Below, one piece after another: positions 11,846-22,448 of a stretch of DNA of 64,000 nt. The notes beneath the pieces are model-generated. The model worked only from the letters and a program-made list of their open reading frames with translations. It made no database searches and was not told where the DNA came from. Numbering within the stretch: the stretch's first letter is position 1; each line of letters opens with the position of its first letter. Source of the DNA: a virus (lineage: Duplodnaviria > Caudoviricetes); the IMG/VR virus record IMGVR_UViG_3300033463_000020, one strand, 5' to 3'. The position numbers and the translations under genes were made by a program.

Positions 11846-12316
11846 ATGGGGAACGTAGTGCACGAAATTAGTCGTGTGACTTTGAATTTTGACGCCCTGG
11901 AGGAATGGCGGGATACTGCCGCTGATGATATTCCTATTTGTAGTTTACTAGGGCTATATCGCGCTGCCGGCATTGTGGAAATTATGTCAGAGTATGCGGC
12001 ACAACATTCCGGTATGCAGTTCTGTGCATTGGACAATTTGTCGTGTAATTTCTACACCTTGTAGCACATACGGCGTTTTGTGACCGACAATTGGCGTAAA
12101 TTTTCTTTGCGCCTAGAGGGGGATTGCAAGATCCGGTGGGATACGCATCGTTATGCGAAAGGTGTGGCGCACCGTCCATTCAATTTAAAGGCCAAGGTGC
12201 AGCACAGCCTCAATCTAGACTTTGCGAACTTTTGTCCGGCCATAGATGATGAGCTGCCCGATGATGTGATCGTATTTGCGGTCCCTGGGGCTCCGGAGAG
12301 CGACGATAAAACTTGA
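11846..12316 (+). CDS. Hypothetical protein (1 in-frame TAG)
   Basis: 11846-12064 and 12080-12316 share a frame and join at TAG 12062. Confidence 0.65.
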
Positions 12317-12341
12317 CGAATAAGTTGTACCCCAATATAAT
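12313..12341 (+). promoter_or_regulatory. sigma70-type promoter with CCCAA extension
   Basis: TTGACG-17bp-TATAAT upstream of dnaE. Confidence 0.85.
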
Positions 12342-12372
12342 GATAGTGAATAACAAAGAAAGGCACGTAGTC

Positions 12373-15300
12373 GTGAGTAATTTTGTTTCCTTGCACAATC
12401 ATAGTTGGGCCAGCAACTTGAGATTTTTAGATTGTATAAACCGGCCCAAGGAAATGGTGGACAAAGCCCTCTCCTTGGGCTTTTCGGGTCTGGCGTTTAC
12501 TGATCACGAAGCGCTATCAGCGGCTGTCGAGATTCTGAAAGCCCGCGATGCTATTCGGAAGGATCATCCCGATTTTAAGATTATCTTCGGCAATGAGATA
12601 TACTTAATTGATCAGACTGAAGTTGGACAAACACGTGATTTTTATCACTTTATTTTGTTGGCCAAAGATTTAACGGGCTGGGACCAGTTGCGCGCCCTGT
12701 CTTCCCGTGCTTGGGAGCGAGGCTACGTAGATCGTGGGCAACGGAGAGTGCCGACCACCTATCAGGATCTCGAGGAAATTGTGAAAGCCAATCCCGGCCA
12801 TCTCTTGGCTAGCACTGCTTGTTTGGGCGGGCGCCTGGCTAAGGCCATTTTGGCTCATGATGTTCAGGGTGCCAATGAATTTGTGCGTTGGTGCATCGAC
12901 GTGTTCGGGAGCGAGAATTTTGCGCTCGAATTGCAGCCGGCAAATTCCGACGAGCAGATCCAGGTGAATCACACCTTGCTGCGTTTTAGCCAGTATTATA
13001 ATATTCCATATATTATTACGACGGATAGCCATTATTTGAACAAAGAGGACTTCGTTGTTCATTCGGCTTTTTTAAATAGTAAACAGACCACTGATCGGGA
13101 AACGGATAAGTTCTATCGTTTCACGTATATGATGAGCCTGGAGGAAATGCGAGAGATCTTGCAGGCTTCAGGACTGACGAACGATGAGATTGAGCGGGGT
13201 TTTCAAAATACAGTAGAGCTGACCGCAGCAATGGAAGATTATGATTTCCGTCATGGAACTATTGTCCCGCGTATTAAGATCCCCGATTTTCAACTCAGCA
13301 AAATTTTATATGCATATGATGGCTATCCGGCCATTCGTAAACAGTATGATAGTGCCGATGACCAAGACCGTTATTTGATGTATCAAATCGAACAAGGTTT
13401 GCAGCATAAGCATGTTACTATCACCACAGTGATACTTGAACGTATTGATGCCGAGTTGGATATTCTTCAGTATATCAGTGAACAGATTGGACAGAACCTC
13501 AGTTCTTATCTGAATTTGACTGTAAATATCGTTGATATCGCGTGGCAGGTTAGCTTGGTTGGGACTGGGCGTGGATCTGCCTGCGGTTTCTATATTAATT
13601 ATCTTATTGGTATTACGCAGGCTGATCCTCTACAATATAATTTGGCGCACTGGCGGTTCCTTAATAAGGAACGCGCGGAGCTACCAGATGTCGACGAAGA
13701 TTTTCAGCCGGAAAAAACGGACGACATCGTACGGTTATTGCGCGAAGCTTACGGCGAAGATAACGTGTTAAATTGCGCTACCTTTAAAACGGAAAGCTTA
13801 AAGAGTGCGATCCTTAGCTGTGGGCGTGGCCTGGGATACAATAATGATGAGATGCAAGCTTTGGCGGCACTGGTGCCGGAGCATCGTGGACACTTTTATA
13901 CCTTAGACGAATGCCTGGTCGGCGATACCGAAAAGGGTTTCGATCCTGTGCCGGGCTTTGAGGGTAAATTCGTGGCGTACCCGGGCCTGCTAGAAGCCGT
14001 TCGTAAGATCGAGGGGCTGCCTACCAATTCCAGCATTCACGCTAGTGCTCTATATGTTTTTAATAACGGGTTTTTAGCTCAAAACAGCATGATGCGCGCG
14101 CCCAACGGTACTAAGATCACAGCTTTTAATATGCACGATAGTGACGACCTGGGCGCTTTAAAGATGGACGTGCTTCGAACCGATGCCCAGTCTAAGATCG
14201 CGAAATGCATGGAGCTCTTGTTGGCTGATCAGCAGATGGAATGGAAGGGTTCGTTACGCGCGACCTATGATTACTATCTGCATCCCGATGTCTTGCAGTA
14301 TGACAACCCACAGATGTGGGCTGATATGGCAGACGGGAAGATCGCCAATTTGTTCCAGTTCGAGACTCAGGTCGGGGCTGTCTGCATTAAGAAAGCGCGT
14401 CCCACTGATGTTATGGAGCTGGCCGAAATTAACTCTATCATGCGTCTGCAGGCGGACGAAGGCGAACAGCCTATTGATCGGTATGTGCGTTTTCGGAACA
14501 ATCCGGTGGCGTGGGATCTCGAGATGATTGAAGAGGGGCTGACCACTCACGAAATGGACATCCTTAAAAAGTATCTTTCCGGGAGTCATGGAGTGTCCGG
14601 TTCCCAGGAAGTGCTTATGCGCATCTTGATGGATCCGGAGGTTTGTGGATTCACGCTGGGGGAAAGTAACGCGGCCCGTAAGGCGATTGCTAAAAAGATC
14701 GCCACGAAACTTATTCAGTTAAAAGCCGACTTTTATGAAAAGGGCGGACAACGAGCCCGCAAGGAGTTCCTGGACTATGTCTGGACCTATTGTATTGAAC
14801 CTCAGTTGGGCTATTCGTTTTCCATTAACCATACCCTACCGTACTCTTTAATTGCCCTGCAGGAAGCTAACCTGGCCACCCGCTGGGATCCGCTATATTG
14901 GAAGTGCGCATGTCTTTGCGTGAATTCAGGCAGCTATGTGGGCGCCATGGGCGACGAGGACGATGAAGCCGACGATAGCGAAGGGGTAGATGAGAGTGCC
15001 GATGGTAAACGCCATGTTGCGCCTAACTATGGCAAGATCAGCCGCGCCATTACGGACGCGCAGCGAGCAGGGGTAAATATCGAACTACCGGATATTAATC
15101 GGGCTCAGGCGGATTTTGTACCTGATATAGAAAATCAAAGTATTCTCTATAGTTTGCGGGCTGTTACCGTTGTGGGCGATAACTTATTGGCTGCAATTAT
15201 CGCGGGGCGTCCTTATCAGTCCATGCAAGATTTTGTTACGCGCGTACAGCCTACACGTGCCCAGATGATCGGTCTGATTAAAGCGGGATGCTTTGACGCT

Positions 15301-16251
15301 CTTGAGGGGCAGCCGCGTATGCGCATTATGACGCGTTATCTGCAGCAACTTGCCGACGAGGACTACCCGTTAAAAGATAAGCTGACCCTGGTACAGATAC
15401 GTAAGGCAATTGATATGGGGTGGACCACCCCGGAATTTGCGGAGTCGATACGTATTTTAAAATTCAAGCAATACGTAGAGGCGCACTGCCAGGATACGGA
15501 AAATAAAAGGCTTCTTTTATCAGACGATAAATGCATTAAATTTTTCGAACAGTATATTATGAACCAGCTGAACCTGACTAAGGGAGAGTACAGCGTGCTG
15601 CCCGGGGGACGGTTGGCTGTAAAACTCACAGCGTTCCGAAAAGTGATTACCGCGTTGCTGGCGCCGGTGGTAGAGTATTTTAATACCGAGGCCGGGCGAC
15701 AGGCATATAAAGATTTGCTGCAGGGGGCCTTCCTAAAGGAAATGTGGGAGACCAAGTGTGCGGGATCGATTTCACGCTGGGAGATGGAAACATTAAACTT
15801 TTACTATAGCGGGCACGAATTGCGCAGTGTCGGTAAGGCCAAGTATGGCATCGGTAGCTTCTTTGCGCTGCCTGAGCGTGGTGATAATCCGCGCATGATT
15901 GCACTGGTTGGTACGGTAACCGACACGAACAATACCCGGCATACTATCAGTCTATTAACACCTGAAGAGGGTGTAGTTGACGTAAAGTTCTATGGCGGTA
16001 CTTATGCGCAGTACAACCAGCGGATCAGTATTATTGACGCCGCTACACAGAAAAAAACTGTTGTGGACGAAAGCTGGTTGAAGCGGGGTACGTTATTACT
16101 CATATATGGTATCCGAAAAGAGAACATGTTCCACGCGCGCACTGACCGTAGCGGTCCACTGCCGCGAACCATCGGTCTGATCGAACAGATACATTCTGAT
16201 GGCACATTAGGGGTCCGGTATGCACGCCGGCGGAAAGTCGAGAGTAAATGA
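12373..16251 (+). CDS. dnaE: DNA polymerase III alpha subunit (family C)
   Basis: PHP domain (LHNHS, FTDHE, TTDSHY), GRGSA, catalytic PDVDED, C-terminal OB fold. Start placed at GTG 12373, downstream of the promoter. Confidence 0.95.
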   Translation: MSNFVSLHNHSWASNLRFLDCINRPKEMVDKALSLGFSGLAFTDHEALSAAVEILKARDAIRKDHPDFKIIFGNEIYLIDQTEVGQTRDFYHFILLAKDLTGWDQLRALSSRAWERGYVDRGQRRVPTTYQDLEEIVKANPGHLLASTACLGGRLAKAILAHDVQGANEFVRWCIDVFGSENFALELQPANSDEQIQVNHTLLRFSQYYNIPYIITTDSHYLNKEDFVVHSAFLNSKQTTDRETDKFYRFTYMMSLEEMREILQASGLTNDEIERGFQNTVELTAAMEDYDFRHGTIVPRIKIPDFQLSKILYAYDGYPAIRKQYDSADDQDRYLMYQIEQGLQHKHVTITTVILERIDAELDILQYISEQIGQNLSSYLNLTVNIVDIAWQVSLVGTGRGSACGFYINYLIGITQADPLQYNLAHWRFLNKERAELPDVDEDFQPEKTDDIVRLLREAYGEDNVLNCATFKTESLKSAILSCGRGLGYNNDEMQALAALVPEHRGHFYTLDECLVGDTEKGFDPVPGFEGKFVAYPGLLEAVRKIEGLPTNSSIHASALYVFNNGFLAQNSMMRAPNGTKITAFNMHDSDDLGALKMDVLRTDAQSKIAKCMELLLADQQMEWKGSLRATYDYYLHPDVLQYDNPQMWADMADGKIANLFQFETQVGAVCIKKARPTDVMELAEINSIMRLQADEGEQPIDRYVRFRNNPVAWDLEMIEEGLTTHEMDILKKYLSGSHGVSGSQEVLMRILMDPEVCGFTLGESNAARKAIAKKIATKLIQLKADFYEKGGQRARKEFLDYVWTYCIEPQLGYSFSINHTLPYSLIALQEANLATRWDPLYWKCACLCVNSGSYVGAMGDEDDEADDSEGVDESADGKRHVAPNYGKISRAITDAQRAGVNIELPDINRAQADFVPDIENQSILYSLRAVTVVGDNLLAAIIAGRPYQSMQDFVTRVQPTRAQMIGLIKAGCFDALEGQPRMRIMTRYLQQLADEDYPLKDKLTLVQIRKAIDMGWTTPEFAESIRILKFKQYVEAHCQDTENKRLLLSDDKCIKFFEQYIMNQLNLTKGEYSVLPGGRLAVKLTAFRKVITALLAPVVEYFNTEAGRQAYKDLLQGAFLKEMWETKCAGSISRWEMETLNFYYSGHELRSVGKAKYGIGSFFALPERGDNPRMIALVGTVTDTNNTRHTISLLTPEEGVVDVKFYGGTYAQYNQRISIIDAATQKKTVVDESWLKRGTLLLIYGIRKENMFHARTDRSGPLPRTIGLIEQIHSDGTLGVRYARRRKVESK

Positions 16252-18641
16252 AAAACAACGTTAGTGGCTTAGATTCTTTGATTGACCAGCCGGTGGTCGC
16301 CAAGGTAACGCTGCATAATTATCGTTTTCCCAAAGATCGTGCGCATAGCTCGGGTGAGTTTGCGATTGTCATTTTAGATGTCTTAGAGGTACAGCGGGGC
16401 ACCATTGCTGAAGAATGCTATCTAGCAGATCGGCGTATTGTTGTGTCGGGGCGGATACCCCGGCTTGAGGACGATATGGAATATATCTTCACGGGTCGTT
16501 TACGCGTTGATCCCAAGTGGGGGCCTCAATACACTTGTGACGAGATACATGCAAACTATAATATGAACGATCCCGCCGAGCAGCGAACGTTTCTCGGGTA
16601 TTTCTTAACCGAGCGTCAAATCAATTTGCTATACAAGACCTGCGCCGATCCTATTAACTTGATTCGCCAGCATAACCTGAGCGAGCTCATAAAAGTTAAG
16701 GGTATCGGACCGACCACAGCAGAGCGCATCTGCACTCGGTTTGCGGACAATATTCAGAATAGCCGAGCTTATGTGGAATTGGCGAATTTGGGACTAACCA
16801 AACGCGCGATTGACACAATTGTGCAGCAGATCGGCTCGGCAGACATTGCCATTGACATGATCAAGGCAAATCCCTATACATTAATTCGTTTAGTGCGGGG
16901 ATACGGCTGGGAACGCGCAGATCGTCTCGCGCTAGCTCAAGGTTTTGGTAGAGGGTGCAAAGAACGGTGCCTGGCGTACGCCGAGTATAAGTTAAACACG
17001 CTTGCCATGGACGAAGGCAACTCGCGGTTGCCCATAGACGAACTTTTAGACGAGCTAGCTCAAGTCTGCGCGCCCACAGATCGCGCTCAAATCGCCGAGT
17101 GGATTAAGAGCGTGACAGTAGGAGAGCAGGATTTCGAACAGAGATATCAGGAGTACCAGCAGACGCAAAAGGATGCAGACCCGCCGCTGCTCTTCTACTC
17201 AAAGACAGCGCGCTGCATTGGCTTGTACAGTCTGCGCATGGTAGAACGACGGATTACGGGCGAACTGGTGCGTTTAAAGAGCGCACCGCACGCTTGGAAT
17301 TTTGATCACAAACAATGCGAACAAATCATTGGCCAGGTGGAGGCCGAACAGGGATATCAGTATACACACGAGCAGAGACGGGCCATTTGGAATATTTTAG
17401 ATTCTAACGTCAGTATTTTGACAGGTAGCTCCGGATGCGGTAAGTCAAGCACTTTGAAGCCGCTGATCCGTATTTTCCATCAGGCAGGAATCTCGGTAGC
17501 CCAGTGTGCATTGTCTGGACGTGCGTCGAGTTTACTCACGGAGTATACGGGGCTAGAAGGGAAAACCATCCACCGACTCTTGGGATACGACCCAGAACGC
17601 GAGCAGTTCATCCACAGTGCCCGGAATCCTTTGGAGGCTGACGTGATTATCTTGGATGAGACTTCCATGGTTGGCGAAGAATTGTTTTTATCATTGATCA
17701 GTAGTATCAAAGATGGAGGCAAGCTTTTGTTGCTGGGCGATACAAAACAGTTGCCCCCGATTTCCGTGGGGAATGTTTTGGGCGACTGCATTAGGTCGGG
17801 CTACGTACCGACCAATACGCTAACTATTGTGTAGAGACAGGCGCTTAAAAGCGGTATTGTTTCCCAGGCGATCCGTGTGTGCGAAGGGAAGTCGATTGTG
17901 AAAACCGACTTCTCCGGCAGTGAGATTCGCGGCGAACTTAACGATTTTAAGTTAATTGCGCGTGACGATGCCGCCCTAGTCCACGCACAGGCGGTAGAGG
18001 AGTTCAAACGCCTGTGGAATAAAGGCATTTCTGCCGACGATATACAGATTATTGTCCCCGTGCGTTCGCGTGGGATTAACAGTTGCCGAGTGTTTAATAG
18101 CGAAATTCAGGCCTTGGTTAATGGCGCCCCCTCCTCCAAAGCGGTTACGGTTGACGTTTTTGACAATGGCTTGAAATTCGAAGTTACATATAAACCCGGT
18201 GATCGGATCTTGGTACTGAAAAATAACTACCATGCCCGTACATTGAATGGCACCGAAACAGCGATTTTCAATGGCAATATGGGGCACATTGTAGATTTGG
18301 ATCCCGATAATATGATTATCCAGTTACAGGATACGTCAAACATTATTATTCCACGTGAAAGCTGGGATAATATTGGCTTAGCGTATGCTGTCACCTGTCA
18401 TAAGTGCCAGGGGAGCCAGGCCCCGTACGTAATTGTGAGCCTAGACTACTCAGGTTATTCATTATTAATGCGTGAGTGGTTATATACCGCGCTGACTCGT
18501 GCGCAAAAATTTTGTGCTTTGGTGGGACAGCCGAAGGCTATTAACCTAGCCACGCGAGTCAGCAACGTAAAGGTTAAGAACACCTGGCTAAAAGATGAAC
18601 TCCACGAGTGCTACCAACGAGAAATAGGAGTTCTTGTTTAA
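16248..18641 (+). CDS. recD2: RecD2-like SF1B helicase (1 in-frame TAG at 17832)
   Basis: HhH KGIGPTTA, GSSGCGKS, LDETSM, GD.KQLP, V(Q)RQA..SGI, AVTCHKCQGSQ, LYTALTRA. Confidence 0.92.
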
Positions 18642-18657
18642 GAAGAAAGGATCGATT

Positions 18658-19227
18658 ATGGCTATTTGGGTAACGAGTGATTGGCACTTCAATCACGGAA
18701 ATATTCTTCGCTTTTGTCGCTCATAGTTTGCGAATATCGAAGAACACAACGCTCTGATTATTGAGCGTTATAATGCGGTTGTAGGGCCAGACGATTTAGT
18801 TTATGTGTTGGGTGACGTTGGGTTCACCCCCGTGGGTGGCATCGCCGGCTGCGTTGAACAATTGAAGGGGCGCAAAGTCCTGTTAATTGGCAACCACGAT
18901 AAGCTACAAGATAGCATGTATCGTAAAATGGGCTTTATCAGTGTCGTACGTCATCCAATTTATTATACAACTAATATTATTTTAAGTCATGTTCCAATTA
19001 TAGAATGCTTAAACAATCCGTGGGCAATTAATGTCCACGGACATTTACATAAGAGCTATGTAAATTTACCCAACTATTTCAATGCAAACGTGGAGTTGCG
19101 CGATTTCGCTCCGGTCAATATGGACGAAATTGTAGCAATGGCGGACGGCATGTGTCGTCCATCTCGGTATGAACAATATACGCAGGAGTGGTACGCCGCC
19201 TGGGAGACCCGTTTACCGAATAGTTGA
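18658..19227 (+). CDS. Calcineurin-like metallophosphoesterase (1 in-frame TAG)
   Basis: SDWHFNH, LGDV, GNHD, HGHLH motifs. Confidence 0.88.
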
Positions 19228-19252
19228 TTTTGTTATGGCACCCCAATATAAT
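19224..19252 (+). promoter_or_regulatory. sigma70-type promoter with CCCAA extension
   Basis: TTGATT-17bp-TATAAT. Confidence 0.75.
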
Positions 19253-19290
19253 ATGGATGTAAAGAAATACTATATAGGAGGTACAGTGTT

Positions 19291-19572
19291 ATGACGATTA
19301 ACGGTATTAAGCAAATTTTTCACAATGTGGCGACACAGAAAGGTTATCAACTCGAAGAGCGCCCCTCGCTTTCCACCAATTCTTATTATTTCAAGTTGCT
19401 TGGAGCATCTAGTTCAATTCTGTTTCGTGTTTCGGATCATGCTACACGAGACAATGTAATTACTTTGCGTATTGATAAGAAATTAAATGTGGATCGTGTG
19501 CGCGGATTTATTCTAAATCGTTGTGCGGATTTAAGTGTGCGCCAGCGGGACAGATATTTTGCGCAACTGTGA
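19291..19572 (+). CDS. Hypothetical protein
   Basis: RBS GGAGG; S.Y...RVSDH motif common in small phage proteins. Confidence 0.65.
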   Translation: MTINGIKQIFHNVATQKGYQLEERPSLSTNSYYFKLLGASSSILFRVSDHATRDNVITLRIDKKLNVDRVRGFILNRCADLSVRQRDRYFAQL

Positions 19573-19581
19573 GGGAAAATT

Positions 19582-20781
19582 ATGACCAGTATATATTTGG
19601 ACGGGGCTGCTAATACCCCACTCTCAAGGGCTGCATTCCGTGCTATGCGGCCCTTTTTACGGCACGGGCTAGGGAACACTATGTCTGTGCACCATTTTGG
19701 CGTCGCCATGTTTACAGCGTTGGAGTAGGCGCGCGATACTATTGCCACGCTAACGCATGCGCGCCCCGAGGAGATTTTCTTTACTTCTGGAGCCACCGAA
19801 GGCAACAATTAGGCGATTATGTCTGCTGCCCAGCAATGGCGGGCCACGCACGAAACGGGAGGCCATATTATTTGTTCGGCGTTGGAGCACGATTCGGTAT
19901 TAAAGTGTTGTGTTAGAGTCGCCGAGATAATGCATTTTGATGTTTCTTTTGTACTGCCCAAGCAGGAAAATGGCTATCGTATAGACATGGCGGATATCAC
20001 CCCTTTGCTTCGACCGGATACTTTTCTGATCTGTGTTATGGAAGTAAACAACGAGCTGGGGACACGGAATCATGTGGCTCAAATTGCTTAGGAAGCCACT
20101 CTGCGCGGTATTGCCACACTAGTAGATTGTACCCAAGGGATTAGTACCGGGGGATCAAGTGTGGCTATCGCCAGTCGTATACCCTGTGCCACTTATTTAA
20201 CTTGTTCTGCGCATAAATTTTATGGCCCCACAGGCGTAGGGCTGTTAATTGCTCGGCGTGCGTTGGAACCGCTGATTGTCGGTGGAGGGCAAGAATAGGG
20301 GGCACGCGGCGGCACCCACAATTTGGCGGCTATCGTAGGCATGGCCGCAGCGCTAAAAGAATTGCACCGGACAGATTACTCGGGTCATTACCAGGCGTTA
20401 ACTAATCACCTGTGTGTGCGTTTAGCAACCAGCCTACCAGATGCCAGATTTAATGTGTGGCCCGACGCGCCCGGCATTGTAAGCCTTAACTGTGGCGCTA
20501 TGATCACCAGCGGACATTTAGCCAGCATGCTGGATAGTTATGGTATCGCAGTGAGTGCGGGTTCGGCATGTGATGCTGATCACGATGAAACCGCGGGGCA
20601 ATTTCACGCCTCTCACGTGTTAACTGCTCTTGGTTTGAGCGAAACGGAAATTCGTAACACAATACGCGTATCCTTTATTCGTACGACAACCATGAGGGAT
20701 ATTGATCGATTAGTGTTTGCGTTACGAGATTTATATGATTTATATTATTCTTCTGCAAAGGAGCCAAATGTTACAGTATGA
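19582..20781 (+). CDS. iscS: Cysteine desulfurase IscS/NifS (4 in-frame TAG)
   Basis: IYLD.AA, FTSGATEGNN, LEHDSV, VNNELGT, PLP-binding SAHKFYGP, GGGQE.G.RGGT, catalytic SAGSAC. TAG at 19726, 19810, 20089 and 20296. Confidence 0.92.
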
Positions 20782-21284
20782 TCAGGTTTGAAAAGGTAAG
20801 CTTCGAAGAGTTTTCACGGGCGTTAATTGAAAGTTGCGGTATTTTTCTCTCCACGGATGAACGGCGTGCATATTACGATGCAATTAAATTGCCTACGCGC
20901 AGCACGCCCGGAAGTGCGGGTTACGATATCGCGACTCCCATTCCAATTAATATACCCACAGATGGGCGTTATATTTTGGTACCGACGGGGATACGGTTCG
21001 TAACGGATCGTTCCGATATTGTCTTGTTATGTGCGCCGCGCAGCGGTTTGGGTTTTGGCAGAGGTGTCCGTTTGCGTAACACCCTGGGTGTGATTGATAG
21101 CGATTTTCAATTTTCAACTACGACGGGGCATATCATGCTAAAGCTGGGAGCTGACGAACCCTGTGAACTACCGGCAGGTCGAGCGTGTGTACAGGGGATC
21201 TTTGTTCCCTTTCTCACGGTAGATGACGAGACCACAGAGGGCATGGTACAGCGGACCGGCGGACTCGGTAGTACGGGGCGCTAA
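20778..21284 (+). CDS. dut: Trimeric dUTPase
   Basis: SAGYD, PRSGLG, GVIDSDF, RTGGLGSTG motifs. Confidence 0.92.
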   Translation: MIRFEKVSFEEFSRALIESCGIFLSTDERRAYYDAIKLPTRSTPGSAGYDIATPIPINIPTDGRYILVPTGIRFVTDRSDIVLLCAPRSGLGFGRGVRLRNTLGVIDSDFQFSTTTGHIMLKLGADEPCELPAGRACVQGIFVPFLTVDDETTEGMVQRTGGLGSTGR

Positions 21285-21285
21285 A

Positions 21286-21669
21286 ATGCGTATGACCAAT
21301 CTGTACAAAGAAACTGAATAGGTACTGGCTCGGCATAAATTAAAATGGAGCCATATTCGATTTGTGTGCGATAGTACAGGGGTGATCCCTTTGGCGGATT
21401 TTACTCGGCGCGCAGCCGTCATCGATTATGACGCCGACTATGGTGTGGTGTATATCGATCCCTCGCTGAAAATTGTTGGGGGCACCTGGTGGTTAGAGCG
21501 GGCGAACTATGACGGCCTGGAAGGCTGGGTTTTTCGGCGTAAGCCGGAGCAACCGGGAGTCTATGCTACTCCCGGACGTTTAATGGCAGAGCACCCGTTT
21601 GACGACAAAGGGTGGCAAGACGAGATTGAATTGTATGATCCACAAGAGCCACTGCGGTGGCATGTGTGA
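21286..21669 (+). CDS. Hypothetical phage protein (1 in-frame TAG)
   Basis: ATG 21286 joins ORF 21364-21669; YD.DYG...WWLER.NYDG.EGW motif. Confidence 0.65.
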
Positions 21670-21677
21670 GGCAATGG

Positions 21678-21887
21678 ATGGAAGATACTATAATTATTAA
21701 AAATCCCGATACGACCCTGGTAAAGGAGATCCAAGAAGCAATTGCGGCCAATGATGGTTACTGTGTGTGTGCCATTGAGCGCACGCCAGAGACCAAATGC
21801 ATGTGCAAGTTTTTTCGCGAGCTCCCGGAGGGACCGTGTCATTGCGGCCTATATATAAAAGTGAAGAAGGACGGTACGAATTCGTGA
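21678..21887 (+). CDS. Ferredoxin:thioredoxin reductase catalytic-subunit-like Fe-S protein
   Basis: GYCVC...KCMC..F....GPCHCGLY pattern (CxC, CxC, CHC). Confidence 0.75.
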   Translation: MEDTIIIKNPDTTLVKEIQEAIAANDGYCVCAIERTPETKCMCKFFRELPEGPCHCGLYIKVKKDGTNS

Positions 21888-22444
21888 ACATTTATTTGGC
21901 AGGGCCTATTTTTACCTATGGGGATTTACTGCGTAATACGGAGTGGGCAGCGAAAGTGCGTGCTGCGTTTCCTGGCGTAAACCTGTATTCGCCGGTGGAG
22001 AACACGGAGATCAACGGGGTCGAGGGCAAAAAGAAGTTTGCCGGATCTCAGGCGATCGTTAACGGGGACAATGCGCGACTGGACCACACAGACGTTTTGC
22101 TGGCATGTATTGACGGAGACGTTATCCCCGCGGGGACGGCAGCCGAAATTGGAAAATTCCACGAAAAAATTATGCGTGGTGATCGCAAGTGGATCGTAGG
22201 CATTTGCACTGACAATCGTCAGTGTCACTTGACTCATAGCGCAGCAAAAGATGCGGGCGGTGCATCGGCACCCGGAGAGCAGCAATATTCTTACCATAAC
22301 TTATATGTGACCGGGCTAATTAAACAGGCCGGCATTTTAGTAGACAATATTGATGACGCGATTGCGTTCATCCGTGACAATTGTGTCTGTAGAAAGGAGA
22401 CGGGCGACGAAATTGAAGGCGAAGTCTTCAATGATCGTTCATAA
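21884..22444 (+). CDS. Nucleoside 2'-deoxyribosyltransferase family protein
   Basis: IYLAGPIF, YSP.EN, D...L..TD...A.IDG, GTAAEIG, NLYV.G. Confidence 0.85.
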   Translation: MNIYLAGPIFTYGDLLRNTEWAAKVRAAFPGVNLYSPVENTEINGVEGKKKFAGSQAIVNGDNARLDHTDVLLACIDGDVIPAGTAAEIGKFHEKIMRGDRKWIVGICTDNRQCHLTHSAAKDAGGASAPGEQQYSYHNLYVTGLIKQAGILVDNIDDAIAFIRDNCVCRKETGDEIEGEVFNDRS

Positions 22445-22448
22445 GACC

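Noticed and set aside
19582-20781. DndA of a complete phosphorothioation system
   Set aside because: No dndB-E or ssp genes (e.g. PAPS reductase-like) are in the window, so this cannot be supported.
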